53,808 nucleotides of DNA from Octopus bimaculoides (GCF_001194135.2 NC_068988.1:28077709-28131516), one strand, 5' to 3'; positions 11,519-22,337 are shown, counted from the first letter of the stretch. Notes: generated by a model from the letters alone, not told the origin. Program-made: numbers and translations.

Positions 11519-14500
11519 AAGAAATTACCTCTCTAAATGTAATTTCTCAGCATCTGTCTCCGCCCATGATCCATTGAACATAGAATAGAAATATTTTGAT
11601 CTGCTTGCTAAAATACACCTGACAAAATAATAAATAATAATAAAAAAAATTAATAATAATAATAAAATTATTATTGTTAATAATAATAATAATGGTTTCA
11701 AATTTTGCCACAAGGGCAGCAATTTTGGGGGAGGAGATTAGTCAATTACATCAACCCCAGTTTTCAACAGGTACTTATTTCTATCAACCTTGATAGGATA
11801 GAAGGCAAAAACCTTGGCATAATTTGAACTCAGAACAGAGTTGAATTTGTGATGGGAATTTATAAATAAAATTTTCATTAATTCTATATTTGGTGACATA
11901 TAAGACACTTTTTTTTACCAAAGAAATGTTTCAAAGGAAAAATAAGTTGTCCTGGGTCCTATGTGCAAAGCTGGGCTTCCCATAAGCTGAGTTTGTCCCT
12001 TGCACCCACTTTTTCCTAAATATGTGCAACTGAAATGGGGCTGTGTCTAATATGCCTGGATGTCTTTAATGCCATCAAATACAGAAAATCATTTTTATCT
12101 ATCTTGATATAGAGAAAGGTTTGCTAACATTCATATCAAGCAACTACTAAAAATGCATTTATGCTTTTCAAGTTTTTAGATTTCTTACTTGTGACTGCGA
12201 AAGTCTTGGGTACGTGCTGTTAAAACACAGTTTGTTGTAGTTCCCTGTAAAAGCATCCGTAATAACTGACTACCAAGTTTACAACAGGCCTCATGTGGCA
12301 GACTGGTCGAAGTTGTAATCAAGTCTGGAAGCCGCTGACAGGCTAATAAACTACTTGTAATAGGTTCTGAGGTGGGTTCTTGTAAATCTTTGGTTGTTTC
12401 TTCTGGTGGTGCAACAACAGTATCACAATTGACAAACGAAGCTTGCCGAATCTCATTGAACTGTTGGCGTTGGGCTTCTGGACTTATTGAAGGGCTGATA
12501 TTTTCAACAGATTGGTGCGAGCCGTAGCTCTTGCTGGGTCTTGCTAGCTCAATAAAGCTACCATTACCACTGCTCTGAGAAGAAGATAAAACAGAAGAAC
12601 AAGACATTTCAGTAACACTGCTGCCATGACTGCTGCTATAACTGCTGCTGGTGCTGCCACCTCCGTAATTATACAGGAAATACGGAGAGGACTTCTTGGT
12701 GGGAATTGCTTTAGCTCTCTGTATAGGAATGTGGAAGCCATTGTTGAGAGATGTTTCAGCATGTTCTGAGTACGGCTCCAACTCTGTGCTGTCCTCAGGG
12801 TTACCATTCACACACGATGACTCAGCAAGGATGTCATTCTCTGAAGTATTTTCATTGGAAAGTTTCCTGAGAAACTCTTGTACAAGAGTGTCAGCACACT
12901 GCGTTGTATAGAGTTGCCTGCAGAATAGAAGAGAAATACAAAATCATTGTGTAAAATGAAAACTTTTGCAGCAACAAAATCACATTACAAAATAGGAGGA
13001 ACAACAAGAATATTTGTAGTAACTGAATATTTTCAAGGAAAGGAAATTTCGGTTACCAATCATAAACAGTATAGAAACTTCTAGTTGCGAAGACAAAGAA
13101 TATACCTCTTTGATGTAAGACAAGGCATCTTCTTTTACTTGTTTCAGTCATTGAAATGTGGCCATGTGGGAGCACAGCCTTGGAGGGTTTCGATTCAACA
13201 AATCAACCTCTGGGCTTTTTTTTTTCTTAAAGTCTTGTGCTTATTCTATCGGTCACTTTTGTCAAACTGATAAGTTATGGGGAAGTAAACAAACCAACAC
13301 CTGTTGTCAAGTGGTGGGGGTTAAAACACAGTACAATCACAAAGACACACACATGTATATGCAAATGAGCTTCCACACAGTTTCCATCTATCAAATTCAC
13401 TTACAAAACATTAGCTAGCCCTGGGCCATAGTAGAAGACACTTGCCCAAGATGCTGTGTAGCGAGACTAAACTTGAAGCCACATGGTTGTAAAGCAAGCT
13501 TTTTAACCATACAGTCATGCCTCCATGGTAATTTTACACACAGAAAACTTGAAAAAAAAAAAAAAGGAAGAAAGAAATATGCTAGCAATTAAAGATTCTT
13601 GTTTGAATAAAAAACAAAAAGCTATTTTGCCGCATGATGAGATGAAATTTTTGACACAAACTTCAATACCTTATTTCTTTGGCGTCTAAATCTATAAATA
13701 CAATATCATATTGGCTTCCACAAAATNNNNNNNNNNNNNNNNNNNNNNNNNNNNNNNNNNNNNNNNNNNNNNNNNNNNNNNNNNNNNNNNNNNNNNNNNN
13801 NNNNNNNNNNNNNNNNNNNNNNNNNNNNNNNNNNNNNNNNNNNNNNNNNNNNNNNNNNNNNNNNNNNNNNNNNNNNNNNNNNNNNNNNNNNNNNNNNNNN
13901 NNNNNNNNNNNNNNNNNNNNNNNNNNNNNNNNNNNNNNNNNNNNNNNNNNNNNNNNNNNNNNNNNNNNNNNNNNNNNNNNNNNNNNNNNNNNNNNNNNNN
14001 NNNNNNNNNNNNNNNNNNNNNNNNNNNNNNNNNNNNNNNNNNNNNNNNNNNNNNNNNNNNNNNNNNNNNNNNNNNNNNNNNNNNNNNNNNNNNNNNNNNN
14101 NNNNNNNNNNNNNNNNNNNNNNNNNNNNNNNNNNNNNNNNNNNNNNNNNNNNNNNNNNNNNNNNNNNNNNNNNNNNNNNNNNNNNNNNNATACTTATTTT
14201 TATCATGTACTAAAGAATGAAAGGTAAAGTCAGCCTTGGTAAAATTTGAATATGGTCAATGCCAGGTCCGCCTGACTGGCTCCAGTGCTGGTGGCATGTA
14301 AAAAACACCAGCCGAACGTGATTGATGCCAGGCCCGCCTGAGTGGCTCCTGTGCCAGTGACACATAAAACACGCCCACTACACTCTCGGAGTGGTTGGCG
14401 TTAGGAAGGGCATCCAGCTGTAGAAACACTACCAGATCAGATTGGAGGCTGGTGCAACCACTGGCTCTCCAGACCTCGGTCAAACCATCCAACCCATGCC

Positions 14501-17500
14501 AGCATGGAAAACAGACATATGATGATGATGAATGTAAAGACAAAATGCTGCTAAGCATTTTGCCTGGTGTATGACTGATTCTGCCAATTTGCTACCTTAA
14601 ACTGCTTGAAATATTGAAAATTAACAACATTAGTTATTTTTCAGCCACGGATCAGTAATGAAGCAATCTTTTTATATTTTTTAAGAGACTAACAGAAGAA
14701 CAAACACACTTAAAAAATAAGTACAGAGATTAATTTGGTGAACTAAAACTTCTGAGGTGGTGTTCCAGCATAGCTGTAGTCCAATGACTAAATAAGTAAA
14801 ATAAAGGAATTCCATTTTGCCTTTCATCTCTATAGGGATCGATAAAATATGCTCAAGTATTGTCCCTCTCTCTCCTATAAATGCTGGCCTTGTGTTAGTA
14901 TAAGAAATTAATATCTTATTCTACAAAGACTATTTTGAAAATCTGGAAGAGCTGGGATAAAATAGAAAGTCAGAACTTTAGACAGCCGTTTGTTAGAAAC
15001 AGCTCTAAAAGAGATAAAACTGACGTATGAACTTACCTTAAAAAATCACGGACCTCTTTGTAAGTGACATTTTTTGCATTTGTAGAATTATCATTTGCCA
15101 GGTTATTTAACAATAGATTGTAGATATCTCCTTCTCTGAAAAACAAAAAAAAATATTTAAGTTTACTGTATTACGTAATCATGTTTTTTTTTTGTCTTTT
15201 TTCACAAATTAGCTCATCACTGATTTCTAGCTTCTCCCCATCCCACCCATCTTCTAAAACCTGGGTAGTTATGTAGCTTCTCTACCACAAGAAACCTGTT
15301 CTGCTCCAATCTGTTTCCCCTCATATGTTACCACTATCTACTACTTATTCTCCCAGCATAAAGTTCTCCCTCCTTATTCAAGGTTTCATGGTCTTGTAAG
15401 CTACATGAAAAAGGCACCCAGTACACACTTTAAAGTGGTTAGCATTAGAAAGAGCAATTCAGCTTTAGAAACCATGTCAAACAGATACTGGAGTCCTTAG
15501 GCCAATCAGATCCTGTCACACAAGCTAATCCAAGTCAACATAAACGTTAAATTATAAGTTATGGAAGGAAGGACAATACCCATGGTCTTTGCAGACTCTC
15601 TCAGAGGTGATGCATAAAAAAGAACCTGTAGGCCAATACATGCATGAAAAACTTGAATAGGAAGGTAACTGGGTCTGAAAAGCTTCCAAAAATGACCTCT
15701 ACCATGGATCAGTTGAAAATATTAAAAAAAAAAAATCATATTCAACACTGATGTTAAAAAAAAATCTACTTTCCAAAACTAGTGACATTGGAAAATTTTC
15801 TGCATGAATTTGAACTTGACTTTTGATTTATGGAATAAAATAATGTATACAGCTGAAAGAACTTTATAAATATCATAATTTTAGAGATACACAAGATAGC
15901 CTGATGCTGGACTAAATGCATTACCATTGTTAGTTTCATCCCTTTCAGTTATGAGCTCAAATTCTGAATCTGACCATACCTGACTAAGATTTCCCTCTCC
16001 CTTTATTTTTAACATAATATATGTAATGTAGTTGAATACAGTGTTCTCCTAAAAGAATTGAACTTCATGCAGAAACAGATTGTATTTAAATTACCTAGCT
16101 TGAAGGATGATTTTATGAGCAGAAATTTCATTGTTCCCTATATTAAATGTAAGGTCTGGATGGATTGCTTCATCAAACATGCTGCAACAGAAAGGAGAAG
16201 AAAAAAATATTATTTTCAAGAAATTATGTTGGAAAACATACAATGAAAATAGTTCCAAACTAATCAAGAAAAGAAAGTCAATGTTATCTTAGATAATCAA
16301 TACCAGTATTAAAAACAAAACCTAAAACCGTGGAGCATATTAATGGTGGTGATTGCTGCTAAACTAATGCAAATAACAGACAATTTCTTCGTTTATTTCC
16401 TTTATTTCTTTGTAACCCAAACCTTACAGCTATGAGTCAATCCCTCTTCTGATTAGATAGAATAAATATGAAGAGATTTATAAAATCTAACACATGTATT
16501 TACACACACACACACACATTATAATGTTCCCATCTATACACAGATGGGAAATTCTTCAGTTGAGATGTTGCTTTCATTTTCTCATCCAAAAGAAAGATAT
16601 AAAAAAAATAGTTGTTTATTTCATGTCAGTTCACACTTGTCACCAATAAGGTCATGAATCAGCAGAATCATTAGGGTGGTGATACAAAAAAATATATTAT
16701 GCAGTATTTCTTTCAGTATTTTACATTCCGAGTTCAAGTCCCATTAGAAGTCAACCTTGCCCTTTATTCTTCAGGAGTTTATAAAATATGTGGTCTGATA
16801 CATAAGTATCCGGACTGTTGCCATAGTAATGAAGCTAGAGCATGCAAGGTGAAGCTACTTGGCACAGATTGACCTTGAACCCTGTTGTGTATGTGCACTA
16901 AGTTTTAACATTCTAGCTAACTTCTGCTTTTTACAGCAGTACTTGGAAGGAAGGTGTGTAGTGTGTGATTGTCGCATTGACCATAACAGAGAAAGTTGGG
17001 GAGAGATCTGCATCAAATTTTGCCAAAAGCTTGGTGATACCTGCTCAGAGGCCTATGCAAAGTTTTCAAAAAGTTTTCATCATTCTCTACACAATCAAGA
17101 TTTTGTGCAACTGATCTTTCCTGTCAGCTTAAAGCAGTTTTGGTGCAAACTTGGCAGACATGTGTCTCATACCCAAATCTTCAGTGATAATGGACTGAAC
17201 TGAACCATAACTAAACTGCACATTCTCTGATAACTTATGAATGGTAATTCAATGGTTTTCCTTCACAGCTGCATGCACATCTGAGATGTTTTTTGCAGTT
17301 CTGCAATGCTTTTCGCAGTTCTGCTGGTTGCTGTTCTCAGAACATTCGTCACTATTGACATTTTTTCAGCCATCTTGGAGACATCTGAACCACTCGTACA
17401 CTTGTGTGCGGGTCATACACTCCTCTCCATACACTATCTGCAACTTTTTGTAGGCCTCTGAGCAGGTATTGCCATGACAACTTTCTGTCATAGTCAATGC

Positions 17501-18289
17501 AACAATCACACACTACACACATTCCTTCCAAGCACTGCTGTAAACAGCAGAAGTGAGCTAGAACGTTAAAACTTAGTGCACATGCAAAGCAGAGATCAAG
17601 GTCAACCTGTGCCAAGCAGCTTTACTCTGCATGCGCTAGCTTCGTTACTATGGCAACAGTCCGGATACTTATTGATCAGACCTCGTAAGTCAAACACCGG
17701 GGTTATTTTAATCAATTGCTAATCTATACCAATATGCAATGAACTGGCATGTTACAATAGAATCAAAATCCTAGTTCGACCATGGGGCTCTGATGACAGA
17801 TGAAGTGACCCACCAGTTGGAGTACACATCAATATCACCTATATCTAAAAATCATCTATCACTGCCGACAAAACAACATACACTTCTATGTATTCATACA
17901 TAGACATCCTCTGTCTTAAAGCCTACAGTGTTAAAAGAGACAACACAAAAGAAAAAAAAAATCTCTTGCCATTAATAAGAACCATGATCAATATTGTATA
18001 TAAACAAACCAGACAAAGATCAACGCGAAACAGCAACAAACAGTTTGATCTACAATTATTGCCATTAATTCCTTTGTGATTTTCTAGGTTACCTCCAACA
18101 ATTACACTCTAAATCAAATCCCACATTTCAATTATAACATTTACATCAAATTAAATCAACTGACCATCAATTCACAGTATTTTCTAACAAAATCCAATCT
18201 GGGTCATAGAATCTTCAACTTAATCTTTCTTCTGGTAAAAGGTTCTACGAAGTTTTTGTTTGGTTTATAATAATTTATGTGTGTCAGAG

Positions 18290-18323
<34 letters not shown>

Positions 18324-18569
18324 NNNNNNNNNNNNNNNNNNNNNNNNNNNNNNNNNNNNNNNNNNNNNNNNNNNNNNNNNNNNNNNNNNNNNNNNNNNNN
18401 NNNNNNNNNNNNNNNNNNNNNNNNNNNNNNNNNNNNNNNNNNNNNNNNNNNNNNNNNNNNNNNNNNNNNNNNNNNNNNNNNNNNNNNNNNNNNNNNNNNN
18501 NNNNNNNNNNNNNNNNNNNNNNNNNNNNNNNNNNNNNNNNNNNNNNNNNNNNNNNNNNNNNNNNNNNNN

Positions 18570-18603
<34 letters not shown>

Positions 18604-18789
18604 GAGAATATACGAAAAAACAACAACACACGAGGACAGGTGGTGTAAATAACAAAAGGATGTATTAGTATGACGCTCGGGAATACGGAAAGTCTTTGAC
18701 GTTTCGAGCTACGCTCTTCAACAGAAAGAATACGGAGACAAGGAGAAAAACACGGAGAAAAAAAATTGAATAGTGTCCAGTCAACGGTC

Positions 18790-18828
<39 letters not shown>

Positions 18829-19468
18829 TTTTACAAGAAGAGTGGTGATAGTAATTTCAGAGTTACTGTCACAACTCATCTTGTAGAAGTTTAATATGTA
18901 CTCTACTGAAAAAAAAAAAATTAATTCTTCAATTATTTTTATTTATAACTTGATATAAAAACACTAGTGGATAAAATGAGCCTAAAGAAATACTGGTATT
19001 TATAATTATTTTCAAAATACACAAAACTATCTAATTAGGTACTAAATATTAATATATTATTATATTAATAATATTACTATATATGAACTGCTAATTAATT
19101 TTATGAGAATTAGCATAGAAATAGAACCATTAATACAAAAACAGTGCTACTGCTGCTGATCATTGTCGTTATTACTACTACTACTACTATTAGCACAAAA
19201 AGAAACTGGAATAATATATTCCAGTTATGTATTTCCATAATAATACAAAAGAGAGTTGAAAATCTCTTAAAAACAGCTGCATTGCTACAAAGAATGAAAC
19301 TATCAGAAGCCATTATTATACTCACCGCTGCATATCTCGTTTCAGCCCCTCTGTTAGGCGTTCTTGCAGTTTCTCCTTTTCTTTTGCACATTTTTCTAGG
19401 AATGCTATACTCTGTCGTTGTCCACTGCGGTCCTTTGGACGGCATGTTACTCCTCCACTTGGCCTCAT
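2389..19468 (-). CDS. BTBD8: BTB/POZ domain-containing protein 8-like (two BTB domains + BACK-like region); spliced model, 3'-partial
   Basis: Exons 19468-19326, 16181-16095, 15135-15037, 12917-12189, 11618-11529, 9414-9237, 7255-7064, 6212-6030, 5219-5076, 3638-3509 and 2459-2389. All have AG/GT ends and compatible phases; total 2046 nt = 682 codons with no stop. Motifs AHKIILQAR, SHKCILASRSKYFYSMFNGSWAE, CHFFHKPCPGCIAGV and LPRLKWSEP match my recollection of BTBD8; no database search was run. Confidence 0.88.
3127..3497 (+). mobile_element. tRNA-derived SINE, family A
   Basis: A-box tggctatgtgg, B-box-like ggattcagtccc, shared body and ...gactgaaacaa tail. Confidence 0.8.
3509..3638 (-). 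CDS. BTBD8: BTBD8-like exon (DFITFIQSLF...KDWDLLTDDMQKKIMT)
   Basis: cttttcag acceptor, gttagt donor, 130 nt, phase 0-1; W-xLL-xD-xQ-xKI motif. Confidence 0.85.
4398..4733 (+). mobile_element. Helentron/DINE-1-like non-autonomous element
   Basis: 5' palindrome tacctc...gaggta, sub-TIRs cctccactaagg / ccttggcgaagg, (tttg) microsatellite, 3' hairpin gcattttctgagtgc. Confidence 0.6.
5076..5219 (-). CDS. BTBD8: BTBD8-like exon (IMAWSMSLLDEVF...EDPNCVWTE)
   Basis: aatcag acceptor, gtacgt donor, 144 nt, phase 0-0. Confidence 0.82.
6030..6212 (-). CDS. BTBD8: BTBD8-like exon (TCENVLEVIMECQKISSCLPRLKWSEP...FMSLDQ)
   Basis: First AG after the pyrimidine tract (ctgaag), gtatgc donor, 183 nt, phase 0-0. 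Confidence 0.88.
7064..7255 (-). CDS. BTBD8: BTBD8-like exon, BACK-like (PCPGCIAGVPEVFVLSKMY...WINKNFSKVW...AIKDM)
   Basis: ctttcaag acceptor, gtacaa donor, 192 nt, phase 0-0. Confidence 0.88.
7540..7604 (-). pseudogene. Degenerate tRNA-like sequence (tRNA pseudogene or solo SINE head)
   Basis: A-box tggcacaatgg, B-box-like ggtttgagtctc, partial acceptor and anticodon stems, downstream T5. Confidence 0.35.
7927..8820 (-). mobile_element. 3' part of the same RTE LINE (ORF end + 3' UTR + tail)
   Basis: RRLCWYGHVVRMDEDSCVKKC...GRGRPRKTWDEVV followed by the UTR and tail seen at 39172-39408. Confidence 0.88.
8970..9200. mobile_element. TTAA-ended MITE fragment (piggyBac-like end); a similar end at ~42570-42648
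   Basis: Ends aatgctaaaaggTTAA, 37 bp from the 9237 donor. Confidence 0.4.
9237..9414 (-). CDS. BTBD8: BTBD8-like exon, BTB2 end (ISSVVLEQLLLFLYGG...ADMYAIDGLKD...CHFFHK)
   Basis: tttgcag acceptor, gtaagc donor, 178 nt; BTB FLY and ADMY motifs. Confidence 0.92.
9512..9858 (-). mobile_element. RTE LINE 3'-end copy
   Basis: (cat)n followed by tttccatgctagcatgggttgg family tail. Confidence 0.8.
10078..11157 (-). mobile_element. Probable solo LTR (TG...CA) inserted in a TA microsatellite
   Basis: TGTA...TACA ends, CpG-rich. Minus-strand order: E-boxes (11046, 10958), CCAAT (10982), TATA-like TTTAAATA (~10911-10918), then AATAAA (10291-10296). Confidence 0.55.
11305..11367. repeat. ~33-bp tandem duplication
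   Basis: ttgaagctatatgtcaatagcttt(t)aaaacta x2. Confidence 0.85.
11529..11618 (-). CDS. BTBD8: BTBD8-like exon, BTB2 (CILASRSKYFYSMFNGSWAETDAEKLHLE)
   Basis: ttgtcag acceptor, gtaatt donor, 90 nt, phase 2-2; BTB YF-xMF-G-W-E motif. Confidence 0.92.
12189..12917 (-). CDS. BTBD8: BTBD8-like large exon: end of BTB1, Ser-rich linker, start of BTB2 (...LGSQLLRMLLQGTTTNCVLTARTQDFRSHK)
   Basis: ctgcag acceptor, gtaaga donor, 729 nt open frame, phase 2-2; contains ORF-track ORF 12185..12811. Confidence 0.9.
13130..13525 (-). mobile_element. SINE family A
   Basis: Reverse-complement homolog of 3127-3497. Confidence 0.75.
14258..14531 (+). mobile_element. RTE LINE 3'-end copy inserted into a Nin-type SINE
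   Basis: Family tail ending gatgatgatg; SINE halves at ~14205-14250 and ~14535-14600. Confidence 0.78.
15037..15135 (-). CDS. BTBD8: BTBD8-like exon, BTB1 (EGDIYNLLL...NVTYKEVRDFLR)
   Basis: tttttcag acceptor, gtaagt donor, 99 nt, phase 2-2. Confidence 0.85.
16095..16181 (-). CDS. BTBD8: BTBD8-like exon, BTB1 start (MFDEAIHPDLTFNIGNNEISAHKIILQAR)
   Basis: ttgcag acceptor, gtaatt donor, 87 nt, phase 2-2, classic BTB AHK-IL-AR motif. Confidence 0.9.
16787..17687. mobile_element. Mariner-derived foldback element made of two left ends head-to-head
   Basis: Ends TAtgtggtctgatacataagtatccggact and agtccggatacttattgatcagacctcgTA; >200-bp inverted arms; decayed N-terminal transposase (ICIKFCQKLG; TQVYEWF; EDLGMRHMSAKFAPKLL). 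Confidence 0.85.
18601..18792 (-). mobile_element. ~190-bp Penelope-like terminal-repeat/retrozyme-like element between (TA)n tracts
   Basis: CpG-rich, carries the hammerhead motif, flanked on both sides by TA microsatellite. Confidence 0.55.
18693..18729 (-). ncRNA. Minimal type I hammerhead ribozyme motif (core variant CUGUUGA)
   Basis: Minus strand: UCUUU-CUGUUGA-A-GAGC-GUA-GCUC-GAAA-C-GUC-AAAGA. Stem I 5 bp, stem II 4 bp, palindromic ACGU stem III, GUC triplet. Confidence 0.6.
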
Positions 19469-19516
19469 ATTGGCACTGACTGCAGTGCACTTTAAATATT
19501 CAATAGGGCTGTGAAT
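19326..19516 (-). CDS. BTBD8: BTBD8-like exon with probable start codon (ATG at 19468; MRPSGG...KEKEKLQERLTEGLKRDMQR)
   Basis: Acceptor ttttctag, donor gtgagt; frame open across the exon; ATG in context aatATG; helix resembles the pre-BTB1 segment of BTBD8. Confidence 0.8.
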
Positions 19517-20163
19517 CTAGAAAACAACACTTTTACAGGCATACTTTCCTTAACATTAGCAAGTTAAGAAGGGATGTATATATATATATATTGCCATGGG
19601 TGTGGCACTAAAAAAAAAGGGTCAGGTAACAATTCCAGGTATAAGGAACTATGTACTGAACCATTAATAGATGCTAGGCTTAGATGCCAAGTTATGATAA
19701 TGTATACACATGGAAAAATTTTAAGGAGTTAAACTTATTTGTAATAAACCAACAAGCATGCAACTGTGAGTTGCTTAGAATTTATGAACTCTCAAGACAA
19801 GAAAAAAGTAAAAATCTAGTGAAAGGTCTCCAAGAGTTGGAAATGCTATAAATATTCCAGTACCTGTTTATTTTAGATATCAACTGAATTAAATACAGTG
19901 CATAGTTTACTCTCAGAAAACATAGGTTTCTTTCCTTGTTGTTGACTGTCCTAGAAATATCTAAGTAAATATTTATGTCAACTGCCAATTCTGAAGAAAG
20001 TGTTTTTTCATGATCTGTAATAAAAAGAAAATAAACATAGATAGAAAGATAGAGAGAGAGAGAGAAAAGTAGATCNNNNNNNNNNNNNNNNNNNNNNNNN
20101 NNNNNNNNNNNNNNNNNNNNNNNNNNNNNNNNNNNNNNNNNNNNNGAGAGAGAGAGAGAAAAG

Positions 20164-20212
<49 letters not shown>

Positions 20213-20257
20213 TTTTAAAAGAAGCAAAAAATGAAATCTTTAATATTAACAAATGAT

Positions 20258-20480
20258 AAGGCAGTGAGCTGGCAGAATTGTTAGCACACCAGGTGAAATG
20301 CTTAGTAGCATTTTGCTTGTCTTTACATTCTAAGTTCAAATTCTTCCAATGTTGACTTTGCTTTTCCTCCTTTCAGGGTTGATAAAATAAGTACCAGTTG
20401 AACACTGGGGTTGATGTAATTCACTTGACCCCTATCCTGAAACTGCTAGCCCTGTGCCAAAATTTGAAACTAATATCAAC
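20258..20480 (+). mobile_element. Nin/Deu-domain SINE, family B (others at ~4010-4350, 11695-11845, 33330-33520 -; 45275-45480 +)
   Basis: tRNA-like head (gagctggcagaa...aagttcaaat) plus core gactttgc-tttc-tcctttc-gggt-gataaa-taagtaccag. Confidence 0.7.
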
Positions 20481-21270
20481 AAACAATTTATTCAATATCT
20501 TAGAGCTGGTGAAGATAAACAGTCTTGAAATATGTACTCTATATTTGTTCATACTTCACCTATCTCTACCACTGTTGCTCAATGCCATATAGGCTTTGCA
20601 ACACAGTTTTATTGTGTTGAACACCAGACCATATCTGATGTTAAAGTTTGGAAAATGAAATGAGGTATGAAATCATTTAAATAAAAAATATAAAAGTTGC
20701 ATAACTTTTAAAATTTGTTAGGGTCCTAAGGAACCCTGCCAGCCCATGAAGGATTAAAGACAGTATGGTGTAATGTGTGGAAGCTTTGGCTGCTAAGTTT
20801 TAACATGCCGAATGACTATGCAGAGGAGCCATTGTTAGATCTTGATAAGGTGAAGAACACAAAGGTGCCAATAAATGTGAAGAAAGTATGAGGATACAAA
20901 CTGTTACATGAAATTAACTTTTATTTGTGTACATTGCAGTTCATGTAGGCAAATAAACTATTCTCATATAAGCTACATTTAATGTCTACTTTTCCATGAT
21001 TATCTATGGCTGGATGCACTTCCTGTTTCTAAAACAAGGTGATATATTCCATAGGCAGACGTGTTTTCCACAGAAGACTAGACATGGACATCATCTCTTG
21101 TATGATGGTGATGCATGTTTACAACCATTACATTATGTCTAGACTAGGGTACACAAACAAAACACATGCACATAAATACTCACACACACACACACACAGA
21201 TATACATATATATACATGGATATACATATAGACATACACATATACACACGTGTAATGGTCTTGCATACAG

Positions 21271-21566
21271 TTTCTTATTTCTTTATTGCCCACAAGGAGC
21301 TAAACATAGAGGAGACAAACAAGGACAGACAAAGGGATTAAAGTCAATTACATCGACCCCAGTGCGTAACTGGTATTTAATTTACTCAGAACGTAACAGC
21401 AGAGTTCAAATTCCGCCGAGGTTGACTTTGCCTTTCATCCTTTCGTGGTCGATAAATTAAGTACCAGTTATGCACTGGGGTCGATGTAATCGACTTAATC
21501 CCTTTGTCTGTCCTTGTTTGTCCCCTCTATGTTTAGCCCCTTGTAGGCAATAAAGAAAAAAGAAAC
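21271..21566. repeat. Inverted pair of family-B SINE 3' halves (~113-bp arms, ~65-nt spacer)
   Basis: Left arm is the reverse complement of the right arm at roughly 90% identity by eye. Confidence 0.85.
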
Positions 21567-22337
21567 GTTAACAAGCCTCTTAAGCAAACTACATTCTTAA
21601 CCACTCAGCTACACCTTAGCTACATTTATAATTTTATATAAACATTACTACTGCATAGAGGGTAGTGAAATTTTTTAAATTAACAAGCAAGCAACAGTAA
21701 ATTTCTCTTGAGTCAGCAAGTATGTAATAATGAATTAGCAGTAATAAAACAGATTTCTTGACTCAGATACTGGTGCATAGTACAATTAGTTAATTGATGC
21801 ACCAACATTAAGGCAAAATCAGGAAGCTGAGTTTTAAACAAGCTTTTACAGAGCATGTAAAATTGGCAACTCTCTTTTCCATTTGAATAGATTAATTCAA
21901 AGTAATTCCTATTAAATTTTCACTGAAAAATTGAAAATAAAATACTTCCATAAAAATAATCAACATATTACCAAAAATGTCTGCATTTATTAACTTGAAT
22001 CGTATCTACTTCAGTACAGAGTATAGCGGAAATTCTAAAATAAATTCAATCCTACAAGAAACAAAACAAAAAAAAAAATTTTAATCTGACTTATTTATTG
22101 ATTTATTAAGTAAAATATGGTTTACAGTCAAGCAAAATATGGTGGTTGATTCTGCATCAGTTTTGAAAAAGAACATTCAATTGATCAATCAACTGAATTC
22201 TGATTAGTAAAATTAACATCTAAGGGTTTAATATGGTGGTTAGTCATAGATTCTACATTGGCTATTCATAATGTTGCATATGAAGAAAATGGCTACACTA
22301 AAATTTTCAAATATATTAACCTGCAATATTTCATCAT

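Noticed and set aside
19110-19490. 126-aa minus ORF and 111-aa plus ORF
   Set aside because: Wrong frame or antisense shadow of the real exon 19326-19516
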